From Amoebophrya sp. A120 (taxonomy: Eukaryota; Protista; Dinoflagellata), in the NCBI GenBank assembly GCA_905178155.1, contig CAJINV010000002.1, positions 9,802,650-9,866,649 on the forward strand: a stretch of DNA of 64,000 nucleotides, given 5' to 3'. Both the position numbers and the translations under genes were made by a program. Below, piece after piece: positions 26,305 through 36,576 of this stretch. The notes beneath the pieces were generated by a model. The model was not told the DNA's origin. It worked only from the letters and a program-made list of their open reading frames with translations, and did not search any database. Every line of letters begins with the position of its first letter. Position 1 is the stretch's first letter.

Positions 26305-27838
26305 ATGGCCACACCCACATCCTCGCCATTGTCTCTGATAGAAGGAGCTGCTCCATCCGCAGTCCGTGGAGATGAAGAGCAAGAGGGAGCTGCTCCATCC
26401 GCAGTCCGTGGAGATGAAGAGGGAGCCGGTGCTGGATTGTCCCCCGACACAGCCAAAAATCCTGCAGAGGATGCTTCCTCAAATGCCATCGCTGGTGGCA
26501 ACCCCGTTATTTCGGCGGATCCGGCCCCCGTCCTTGACTTGGGCACTCAGGACGATAGTACCCTAACGCCGGCGGTGGAGCTCGCAGCCGCTGCAACGAG
26601 TACAACTACCATGGTGGAGGGGAGCAATTCAGTGCTTGGCGGAGAGCAAACCACCCCGCTGGGGAGTGAAGATGCCCCGACCACCATGGTCCCCCCCACT
26701 TCTACGATGGCAGATATCGTCCGCCAGGAGCAGCAAAAAACCGCCCCCAGTGGTGTGATTGTCACCCAAGCTCCGGCTATGAGTGTTTCCTTCGACGCCT
26801 CGTCGCAACAGCAAAACCAGAACGCATTCCAAGATTATACCAGCAGCGGAGATCATGTACCGCCGACCGCAGAGCAGCCGCCTTTGTCGAGCCAAATTGG
26901 CGACATTCGCAAGGACATGGAAGCGTTGCATGCGAAGCTGCTGGAGCAAGTGTCGCTTGGCGGGGTCCGAGGAACTTTGCCCGAGGTCGTATCTTCACAG
27001 GGAGAAGCTGCGTCTACTCTTGCAGGAGGCACGTCGGCAGTGGGCAACTTCTATCCCCTTCCCACGACAAACGAAATGAAAATGAACATTGTCCGGAGTA
27101 CCACCACCGCCCCGGGGACGGCCGAAAACGACATCGCGACCCTGCTCCCAACGCCGAATAGTGCTGCATTCTCGACGACTGCTGTGTCCAGCAATTATCT
27201 GTTCGAAAATTACGACGGCACTGGCCGCACGCGGGATCCACCGCGTCCGCGTATCAAATGCAAAAATGTCTGGGTCTGGAAGAATGCAAGTTTGTCATGC
27301 TAGTAAGTTGGGCATGACTCGAGAATCTGTGTTGCATAGGCACGAAAAAGCCCTCTTACCTGTCATGCAAAAACGCAGTTTGCAATGCGGAATACGTAAG
27401 ACTTGGCAGCCAAAAAATTTGTCATGCATAGCTGCGTACTGCAGTGCATCTATCATTCATTTTTAGCATTACAAGATTCCAGACCCAGAGATTTTTACAC
27501 TTGATACCGCGCCACTCTTTTTACCTACTCCCGGACGAACGTCCACTTCCCGGCGGAAGTGGTGGATATGCATTGCAAAATCACCGCGCTAGCAGTAATT
27601 CAAGCATCTTCACTATTTCCTCCACAATCAACAAGAATGGATTTTTTCGTGTTTGTCATGCAAATTGAAACAGGCGAAAGGAAACGTGCATATTGCACGC
27701 ATGCATGGCTGCAATTAGTGCATGCGCGATACTTCTACGCAGAAGAGTGGACAGGGCAGCGTGCAAGCGGCCCAGGCCAAGGCGTACCGGGAACGGGAGA
27801 TACGTGCGGCCGTGAAAACGCTGTTGCGTCTAAGATAA
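26305..27838 (+). CDS. Hypothetical Ala/Thr/Ser-rich low-complexity protein
   Basis: 332-codon first exon. The frame continues PPRPRHSFYLL..GGSGGQGSVQAAQAKAYREREIRAAVKTLLRLR* after removing elements 27252 and 27567. Confidence 0.55.
26344..26421 (+). repeat. Coding tandem duplication, 42-nt period (GAAPSAVRGDEE x2)
   Basis: ggagctgctccatccgcagtccgtggagatgaagag occurs at 26344 and 26386. Confidence 0.9.
27252..27506. mobile_element. Introner, family A (near reverse complement of 4188 copy)
   Basis: DR CCGCG/CCGCG. Confidence 0.95.
27567..27746. mobile_element. Eroded introner, family D-like
   Basis: Starts tatgcattgcaaaat; right TIR decayed (gcgcgatacttct..); DR GTGGA/GTGGA; frame restored. 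Confidence 0.6.
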
Positions 27839-29094
27839 TCGAAATGCAAATGAGGGGTAATACACCAGACAAGATAATAAGTAAGTTTAAGTAAATACAA
27901 ACGGAGTAAGTATTTCTCGATCCGTGCTCTTCTTCAACACTCGAAATCCAGAGAGCAGAATAGCGAGCTCGCGCGTTTTTTGCCTATGGAGGCATCGAGC
28001 AACGGCTAGCAGATGATTCATCTCAGCCAATGTCATTCAATGATACAAAAATTGTCCGAAAAAGTACCATTCAGAGTGGATCCAGAGGACAACGAGCATG
28101 ATCACGACGGACTAATCAATGTACACAGCATCTTTGTTCTCGCAAGCCGTGAAATACCAAAGGGAATACCGATCCAAAATGAATCATAAAATCTTGAACT
28201 TCTGATCCTTTTTTTTAAGTACAGGCCATAATTCTTTCTGCCCTCGGTTCGTTGCAGTTCAATGTGAAAATGAGGATCAATAGTATTACATGAAGAAAAA
28301 TGGAAAAACTGATCCAATTAGAGGCAAGTCGGTGGCACACATGTCACCACCCCAGTCCGATCCTTTTGAGTTTGAGTGCATTAAATTTGGTTGATCGTAT
28401 CGCGATGTGTATGAGTTCTTACACTATTCCTGCCGAATCATACTTTGTTTTTGCTTTATCCATTTCATCAACAGTAAATTTTCCGAAAAAAAGTCCTGTT
28501 TTGAACAAAAACTCGACGTTTTTTCGCTTTCCGAAGAGCTGAAAAAGCATCACTAAACTACAAGTAGAACAACACACACATTCAACCTAGAGTAGACGCA
28601 CAACATCGAGTATACTACTTCAAGTACATCAAAAGTAAAGTACCGAGTGTGGAGAAGTTCAAGTTTTGGAAGACGTAAGTACTAAAGTATTAGAACCATT
28701 CAAGTTGAAGTTCAACAATTCGCATCCTAAGTACAACTTATACTACCCTTACCTACCTGCAGCAGTAGTAAATCCATTGCTGTTTATCTATTGAGCATTT
28801 GCCTTCCCACGTGACGAGGATTGATCAGCACTTGTGTGCTTCTCTCCGACCCGTCGTGGCTGTACGATTTAAGAATTGAGGAGACCTTTGTAAGGAAGTT
28901 TTGCAAGCACTCGGACAACTCGACACCCTACACACGTAATAGAGGAAAAAATCGAGAGGTGATTTGCCTAGTAACTGCAACTACTTTTGCCCACACTTAT
29001 ATCATTGCGAACCCGAGGGCGCAACAGAATCAGAACCAGTAGTACCAACATCTTCAAGAGGAGTTCTTGCATAGTTTTGTTTTTTCTTGAGAAA

Positions 29095-32000
29095 ATGATG
29101 TATCGCCGCACGTTTCGCGTTGCGACTTCTTGTGCCGCGCTGCTTGCGGTGACCACGAACCTGATCGACGCTCGCAAGGTTCGCTTCACGAAGCTCCGCC
29201 CTGTAAGAGGCCGCCGCGGCAGGGAGTCTCAAGGCCCCGGCGGGGACCTAGGTGCTTATCCGGGGGAGGTTGGTGCGGATGATGGCAATCCTGATGCGGG
29301 TGGCTATCCTGGGGATGTTGACGCGGGTGCCTATGATCCGTCGACCCAACCGCCACGATCTCCGGACGGACGAGGCGTTGACAACGTCGACGGGTACAAC
29401 AGCGGCCCAAATCCCGACGACCCGAACGGCCCAGGTGATTTTCAGGACGATGACGGAGCTGTTGGAGGCGGGCAGCAGCCAGGACCACAACAAAAACGAC
29501 GCAAGAAGATGGGCGGCGGCGACGGTCGGGTCCGTCCTGGCGACGGACAAGTGGCTCCAGCTCCGGATGGAGGATATGGTGGTGAAGATATGAACGGAGG
29601 CTACAGCGACGGTGATGCTGACAACTACAATCAAGGAGATGATGTTCCTCCGGGACAACAACAGCCAGGCGGGTTCGGGGACCAGCAGAACAATGATGGT
29701 GACGATCCTGATATGATGCCGGACAACGGTTACGATCCGCGTTCCGGGGGTCGAGGCAAGAAGGAAAAGCACACCGGCCAGAAGATGAAACGCGCTTTAC
29801 AGCAGAAGGATGGGCAAGATGGAGACCATCAGAAATCGGCCAAGAATCCTCGCAGAGGTGGCGGTCTCGGAGCCACTGCGCCGCCATTCGGCGATGAAGA
29901 CGGAAACGATAATGCGACCCCGGACGCTGGCGCGGGTCGGGCTTTGACGTCCAGTAAGGGGCCGCTCGGGGGAGACGACTTTGGCAAGACGGGCGACGGC
30001 GCGTTGTACGGAGGTCCAGGAGACGACTTCGGACGCCGCGGCAGACGCGGCACGAACGACCACTGGAGAGATCCGCGGGCCAATGCTGTCGGGGAGAGCG
30101 CCAAGGAGCAGAGAGACGCTTTGGACGCGACCAAGGACCTGAACCAAAGTCAGAATCTGAAGGATGTGTACGACAAGATGAAAACGGACAAAATGTCCGC
30201 GTCGCCCATCCCGGTATTCTTTTCGGTGACCAACGCCAACCAACTGCCCCAGCTGGGCGACTGTCGCAACCTGATCAAGGGGAATGACGAAGAGCCCTTC
30301 CGTCCGGGCTTCACGCAGAAGGCCGTGGACCGGTGGTTCATGGAGTACAAGTACAACATCAAGCCACAAAATACAGTGCCGTCGCGAGGACCGATCCCCG
30401 GTCGGGGATATGGTGCCCAGCAGCAGGACGGCAATCTTGGGGACGACGACCAATCGAACTTCAGTGACGATCAATCGAACTTCAGTGACGACCAATCGAA
30501 CTTTGGTGACGACCAGTCGGACCATGGCGATGGACCAGGAGGGCAGCAGGACGATATGCAAAATGACGACACCGGCGACGGGGACGATGGCAATATGGGT
30601 GGCGGCGAGGGCAACCGGGGCTTTCTCCAGCAGCGCGGCCCCGGTGGCGGTATGGGAAATAACAAGATGGGCGACTTGGGTAACATGAACATGTTCCCGG
30701 GCAGGCGTCGTCCAGCGATGCCGAGCCAGTACTTCCCCGGGTTCATGGAGGACAACTGGCGTAGAATGTACGACCTGCAGCGGCAAGCCTCATTGCAAAC
30801 CCGCATGTCCCTGGCCGAGCAGATGAACGTGAGCGTGGTGCAGAGTGTGTCGGATGCGGCCCAGGCCATCTCCGGAAACCTGAGCGGGACCGTTGGGAGT
30901 AGTAGCGCCGCGAACTTTTCGGCCGGCGGGGCGCTGAGCACAAGCGACGAGGAGAAGAAGAGTAGCCTGAACGTGGTCTTCCAGTGGTATCAGTCCGTGA
31001 AGGCATCGCAATTCCGGCCAGATAACTGGGAGAAAGAGGATCTGATCGGGGGACGCACCAATTGCACGCACTACGTGAGTCAGGTGGTGTTCGGATCCAT
31101 GGCCACGGGTCTCGCCACCATCACCATGTCCAGCACCACCAAATCTCAGAAGGCGAAGCTCGAGATGGCCGCCGGGATGTTGGGCGCGGGTTCCGGCCAG
31201 CAGCAGCACCACGCCGGACACGGGGACGGGTATGGCGAGGACGACGAGCAAGATGAGGATGAACCCTCCGACGAAGAGGGTAGTAGCCAGGGAGGTGAGC
31301 ATGCGGGCGGTAGCAAGAGCGGGATGAAGGGCGAGGCTGGTATCACAGCACAGAATTCGAACACGAACACTAACCAGAACATGCAGGTGAAGATGTTCAC
31401 CCGCGGCGCCTCCAAGCTGTCGCACCCGATCCTCATGAGCAAGGCCGAGGAAGTGAACGCCGTGTTCCAGGACCTGCGGGACACGATCGGCGAACTGGGC
31501 GTCAAGGGCGCGGTCCCCATCGCCTACGTGCTGTCACCGCTGTTCGCGACCATCGGGCCCAAGGCCGCGGACCAGACCGACCTGAAGAACCGTGTGGAGC
31601 TCACCGCCTACACGGACGCGGACGCCAAGTTGTCCGCCGCCCTGAACGCCGCGGGGCTGGACGTGCAGGACTTCGTCACCTACCTGAAGAACGACCTGCA
31701 CAAGAAAGAGCAAAGCGGCGCCTACGCGGGGCACCCGGAGGCGGGCCAGCTGATCCAGCACATGATGGACGAGGCGGACCTGGTGCTGAACGAGATCAGC
31801 TCCCTGACCTCGGAACTGAAGTACGGCGGCAACGTGCAGGAGACGGAAGACCGGTACCGCAGCAAAAGGGAGCGGATTGCGCGCTGCAAGGCGGACCCGG
31901 CCACCTGGAGTCAGGTCATCACGATGCAGAACGCGCACGACCCCACGAACGAGGAGATCGAGGCCGAGGCGGAGGGGCGGCCGAACCCTCCGGTAAAGCA

Positions 32001-32682
32001 AAAGGTGGAGCGCACGGGCAAGCTGCTGCAAGACATAGTGACGGGCGCGAAGACCCAGGTGCTCAGCTGGCCGGCGCTGGCGGACAAGGTCAGCGAGGAG
32101 CTCCAGCAGCTGGTGAACGGGTCCTGCGGCGACAAGCTCTACAACACCTGCCCGCCCGCGGCGATGGGGCTCACGCAGATAAACCAGAAGGCGGTGTATG
32201 CGCTCGCGAAGTCCGCGACCGACGAGAACCCGCTGCTGAAGGCCCTGGAGGCGGAGACCGAGCAGGCGTCGACCATTCTGCACACGTACAAGACCCTGAC
32301 CGTGCCGGACCTGAAGCGGCTGGTGGCCGCGCTGTCCCACCAGGCGCAGCAGGACCTGAAGACCGTGGCAATCGCCTGCAACAACGCGAAGGACGACGAG
32401 AAAAAGGCCGTCGAGGGCGACGACAACCCCCTCCGCAATTTCCCCGTCAAGGTGCAGGAATCCATGGTCAAGCTGCTGGCGGCCATCGAAGACACCGGGG
32501 TCGCGCACGGGGTGGACCCGGCGGACGAGCACCATGATGACGGCAAATCGAAACCTGAAGATCACGAACCAGAGCACCAGCCTGAATCAGCGCACGGCAA
32601 GGAACCGGAGCCAGAGCAAAAGCCTGAAGATCATGAACACCACGAAGATAAAGCTGCGACGCAGCAAAAGAAAGAGAAGTGA
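29095..32682 (+). CDS. Secreted stonustoxin-like MACPF/CDC-domain protein, paralog 1 (intronless)
   Basis: Signal peptide MMYRRTFRVATSCAALLAVTTNLIDA; Gly/Asp/Gln-rich N-terminus. Core LPQLGDC..QFRPDNW..CTHYVSQVVFGSMATG..VKMFTRG..VPIAYVLSPL is shared with three neighbours. Confidence 0.7.
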   Translation: MMYRRTFRVATSCAALLAVTTNLIDARKVRFTKLRPVRGRRGRESQGPGGDLGAYPGEVGADDGNPDAGGYPGDVDAGAYDPSTQPPRSPDGRGVDNVDGYNSGPNPDDPNGPGDFQDDDGAVGGGQQPGPQQKRRKKMGGGDGRVRPGDGQVAPAPDGGYGGEDMNGGYSDGDADNYNQGDDVPPGQQQPGGFGDQQNNDGDDPDMMPDNGYDPRSGGRGKKEKHTGQKMKRALQQKDGQDGDHQKSAKNPRRGGGLGATAPPFGDEDGNDNATPDAGAGRALTSSKGPLGGDDFGKTGDGALYGGPGDDFGRRGRRGTNDHWRDPRANAVGESAKEQRDALDATKDLNQSQNLKDVYDKMKTDKMSASPIPVFFSVTNANQLPQLGDCRNLIKGNDEEPFRPGFTQKAVDRWFMEYKYNIKPQNTVPSRGPIPGRGYGAQQQDGNLGDDDQSNFSDDQSNFSDDQSNFGDDQSDHGDGPGGQQDDMQNDDTGDGDDGNMGGGEGNRGFLQQRGPGGGMGNNKMGDLGNMNMFPGRRRPAMPSQYFPGFMEDNWRRMYDLQRQASLQTRMSLAEQMNVSVVQSVSDAAQAISGNLSGTVGSSSAANFSAGGALSTSDEEKKSSLNVVFQWYQSVKASQFRPDNWEKEDLIGGRTNCTHYVSQVVFGSMATGLATITMSSTTKSQKAKLEMAAGMLGAGSGQQQHHAGHGDGYGEDDEQDEDEPSDEEGSSQGGEHAGGSKSGMKGEAGITAQNSNTNTNQNMQVKMFTRGASKLSHPILMSKAEEVNAVFQDLRDTIGELGVKGAVPIAYVLSPLFATIGPKAADQTDLKNRVELTAYTDADAKLSAALNAAGLDVQDFVTYLKNDLHKKEQSGAYAGHPEAGQLIQHMMDEADLVLNEISSLTSELKYGGNVQETEDRYRSKRERIARCKADPATWSQVITMQNAHDPTNEEIEAEAEGRPNPPVKQKVERTGKLLQDIVTGAKTQVLSWPALADKVSEELQQLVNGSCGDKLYNTCPPAAMGLTQINQKAVYALAKSATDENPLLKALEAETEQASTILHTYKTLTVPDLKRLVAALSHQAQQDLKTVAIACNNAKDDEKKAVEGDDNPLRNFPVKVQESMVKLLAAIEDTGVAHGVDPADEHHDDGKSKPEDHEPEHQPESAHGKEPEPEQKPEDHEHHEDKAATQQKKEK
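30445..30519 (+). repeat. 21-nt coding tandem repeat (DDQSNFS/G, about 3.5 copies)
   Basis: gacgaccaatcgaacttcagt repeated. Confidence 0.9.
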
Positions 32683-34377
32683 GTGGAACTGTGTGCGGGC
32701 GTGAGGTAGCGCCGTGATAGGTACTAGCGCGTGATCGGATCGGTCTCGGTGCCGTTCCAACGAGTGGTGACAAACCCGCTCTAGCTCTTCAAGATACTTG
32801 TCGTTCACGACTGGTTAGTGCAATATTAGTTAGTACAGCTCTGGCACCGCGATGCAGTGATCGCGCCACCGTCGCCGGTACTCGTCAATCGCTCTCCGAT
32901 CGCGCGCCGGCGGTGAGTGCAAGATGATTCGCTGCGGTTGCACAGTGCATCTTTTGTTTACAACGTTACAACTCGTGTGAGATTTAAAGGACGGCTATTG
33001 GTGGTTATAGGATCAAGAGTAGTATACTTTACGGAATGCAGATTTTGCTGAGCACCACGGAACTGGATTTTTCGCTCGGTCTAGCTTTTGACTGTTCTGA
33101 GTAGTATAAGTACAACGAATTAGCACATATCCTGTATGATGTTCTACATCAGAAACAGCTCATGTTCGATCATGAAAGGATTAAAGTGCGATCACTTCTT
33201 AGGACCAGTAATCTCATCCAGTGTCTGGCTTAAGTGGTGGCGGGCGTACTTTATCTAGATTTGTATGATGTGATGTTCTACTTTGTGAAGTTTTGAAAAT
33301 GGGAAAGCCGTGTATGATAATTTATGACGAAAAAAAAAACGAGCTACTTGACGCGTGGGTTTGGAAATCAAAATACAAGTCTTCCTCCGTATGTTGGTGG
33401 TCGCCAGCGACGCAGCCCTCCGCCAAGTCAAGATAGCTGAAAAGCAATACTTCAAAAAAAGTAAAACCTGATATTGAAAAAAGACACCGTGCTTTTCTTT
33501 CTCGTACGCTATGGCGACTTCGTCAAATCTTTTTCGGAGAGTGGTGGCCCAAACGGCTATCAAAAGACCAGCTGCAAGTTGTAGTTGTATCTTTCAGAAG
33601 TCGAAGTTTTTCAACTCCGCCTGCGTACTGAATTGCACTCGTGGACAGTGCGTGAAGCAAACACAAACTATACACCGTTGCAATATCAGCTGAAGCCTCA
33701 GGAGAAATCAACGAAGTAGGGATCCGTGATCCGAGTGAGTTGCGGATCTCAAACGGAGCCATTCGCCCCGCCTTTGTCCTCATTGGTCTGTCATCGTGTT
33801 CTTGCTTTGCGACGCAACAGTTGCGCGAGTCCAGATCAGAACATTGCGCGCGTCGTGATTCCAGGGAGACGAGGACAGCAGTACTAGAGAGATTGCGCAG
33901 AGTGATTTCTGTATCTGTTGTGATCAAGTTATTTGATCTCCGGGTTTAAAGTTTGCAAAATCACCTTCTGCTCCACGGCCGGCCGTCGGGAAGCGAATTT
34001 GTCGCCGTGAGTACATACTATCTGGCCTCATGGAACACGAGTTGTGAGACGTACGAAATATTTCATCTGCGTCAAGGGAGGGCCGATTGCTACAACAGAG
34101 GCGAGGAGTGGGAGAGTCTTTAGAAATGCCGGGTGCAGTTGTTGAATTTGAGTGCATGTTTGGGTCCGCGCCTCTAGGTGGAAAACAATCGGATGTATCA
34201 TCGCGGAATTTTAATTATTTGTCTCGCGTAATGTTGAAGCCGACGTAATATTTTATTTGTTCTATTGTGAGTGGCGCACGTTGCTGCATGATATCATCTC
34301 CCACTTGCTGAACCAAAACCATAGGAAAAACTTTGTTGGGATTCGTTTTTTCGAAAACCACACACGCTCTCTTGAAG

Positions 34378-35040
34378 ATGGCGAAGATGATGAAGATGTC
34401 CGCCATGAAAATGGCCAGCAAGATGAAGATGTCTTCCATGAAGAAGATGAAGATGTCCATGAAGATGGGCGGTATAGTACATTTTTTTCCCGATGCGACA
34501 CGTTTGAACTTTTTCAAGTAAGTAGTTGATCATTTGTGCCGCGATCAACGTCGCGGCTGGCGTAGGGACTGCGCGGACGTTAAAAACTCCATACACGGAG
34601 GAGAGTAAGGATGCAGAGCACATCTTAGACAGGAGTCCGCATTTAAAGTTAAAAATCTCATCCAAAAAATCAAAACCTATCACAGGCATGAAGAAGCTGA
34701 ACGCCTACTTCACCCTGATGTTGGCTGCCAAGAAGGCCAAGAAGCCGTCCTTCGTCTACAACGGCTCGACCTACGTCGGCAAGTATGCAAGCAAAAATTT
34801 GAGGCAACGAGCGAAAGCTGTCATGCGTGAAATGCTGCGTTTTTTCTGTGTGTAGGTCTGTGCGCGCTGCGTACCCGCTTGCTACTTGCGCGATGGTTCC
34901 CTGATATGCAACACTGATATTTGACATGACGTGGAAAAGCCGGCTTTTCTGCTTTTCGACAGATTTGCTCGCGCCTCCAAACTTTGCGCCGCGATACCAA
35001 GCCGCACCCGCTGTTGGGCTTGATCTACAAGAAGAAGTAA
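34378..35040 (+). CDS. 76-aa highly basic Lys/Met-rich protein, candidate nucleoprotein with a DVNP-like tail
   Basis: Exons 34378-34471, 34686-34783, 35002-35040 (GT-AG intron 34472-34685; TIR element 34784-34996). Translation MAKMMKMSAMKMASKMKMSSMKKMKMSMKMGGMKKLNAYFTLMLAAKKAKKPSFVYNGSTYVGKPHPLLGLIYKKK*. Strongly GC3-biased codons in an AT-richer background. Confidence 0.75.
34784..34996. mobile_element. Introner, family F, in the small basic protein gene
   Basis: tatgcaagcaaaaatttgaggcaacgagcgaaagctgtc ... gacagatttgctcgcgcctccaaactttgcgccgcgata; DR GCAAG/CCAAG. Confidence 0.78.
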
Positions 35041-36576
35041 ATTTACGACTTCTTTCTGGCGAAGAGCAAGTGACAGCAATAGGGACAGTTTCGCATGACA
35101 AAAATACGAGAAAAAATATGACGATATTCGAACAGAAGAAGATTTACAAAGAAGGTTGTAAAATTGTCAATAAAGGTTTCAAAAAACGACTATAACACAG
35201 ACAACTTCGTTACGATCGATTTGGAGATTATTTTCTAGTATCAGAATCAGGAACACTTAGATGTGTTTTTCGAAGGCTATCGCGCATACTTATGGAAAAA
35301 TGGTAGTACTGGAAACGATGTTGAGATTCCTCGTCTATTGCACGAAACTTCAGCGTTTTTTCGCAGTATTGTAAGTTTTCAAAAAAACTAACCTGACTGA
35401 CACCTGATTCGCTTCTGGTATTAGCACGAAAATAGGTTTACGACGCTTGAATCGATCAGACGCTATGGTGCTTCGCTTGAAGACAGAGCTAGGCGAGGAG
35501 GATTGTGGTGTCCACTCCATTTCTTTCCGATTCAGACTAGTGGTTCAAGGCAGGCACGAAGTGTGACGACGTAAGGAAAGAAAATCAACTCGCGACTGCA
35601 GAGCGTACTTTTGCCGCTGTAACGTAAGCTGGCCTTGTCTTATCTTTCGTTCTCCTGTGTTGATGTGTCACGAGACAACGGAGGAGTCAGCTCAGAAAGA
35701 AATGTGAGGCACGAGGGACACTGCGTCGGTCATCAAAGTCTAGGCTTTTCATCGCTAAAATCGAAACCAATTTGCAAAACGCGTTGAACATGAAAATCTC
35801 CCGATCCAGGCGATCATGAGACCCAGAGGCCGAAATAGGGAACTCTGTCGAACAGAATACATTCATCCTCCTCCTGATGTCTGCAAAAATTAGTGCTCTC
35901 TACTTGTCGGTTTCGGGAAGCTTTCCGAGCATGATTGCGGCAATGGCTAGAGGATCTGAAAAAATAAAATGATATCTTCTTGTCGGTGAGCTTTCAACCC
36001 ATGGATGAGAAAATCATCGATCTGTGACTGCATGGATGAAGATCGTTTCAGGCACAGCTTCTTAAATCGCTTGCCATTGTTCTGGTTCGTGGCTGTGGAA
36101 TGGCTGTGGAAATCTAAGATCTTAGTCTTACTCATCGGTAAAACGTGCTTGGACAAATGTTCTTTTCTCGAGTCACTGTATGGACTTAAAGATTCATCGT
36201 TTCCAGTTTTGACTGTGCTTAAGTTCAATATTGTAACGTGGTAGAACATATCGCGGAGTGCTTAGAATTTTTAGAATTCCTATTTTTAGTTACACGTGCA
36301 TTCACACACACGCCGTTTGAGTAGAAAAGCTTTCTAGCATCACAACACAACCGAAAAAGGATTTACAACTTGCGCACAACTGAATTTGTATGATTAGAAC
36401 TTTCTCAACACGAAATTAAACAACGACCTGTGTGCGATTTAGAGCGAGGCGAACTCCAACTGAAGAAGGATCCACTCAGCAAGCTCGTAAAGGTGTAGTT
36501 GCACTTTTTGCATTATACGTGATACTATAACTAGATCACCTGGCTCTGTAAGTGTGAAGATTATTCGGGTTGTACA

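Noticed and set aside
34378-35040. Calling the small basic protein DVNP
   Set aside because: Only the MK-rich tail matches; the DVNP core motifs are absent.
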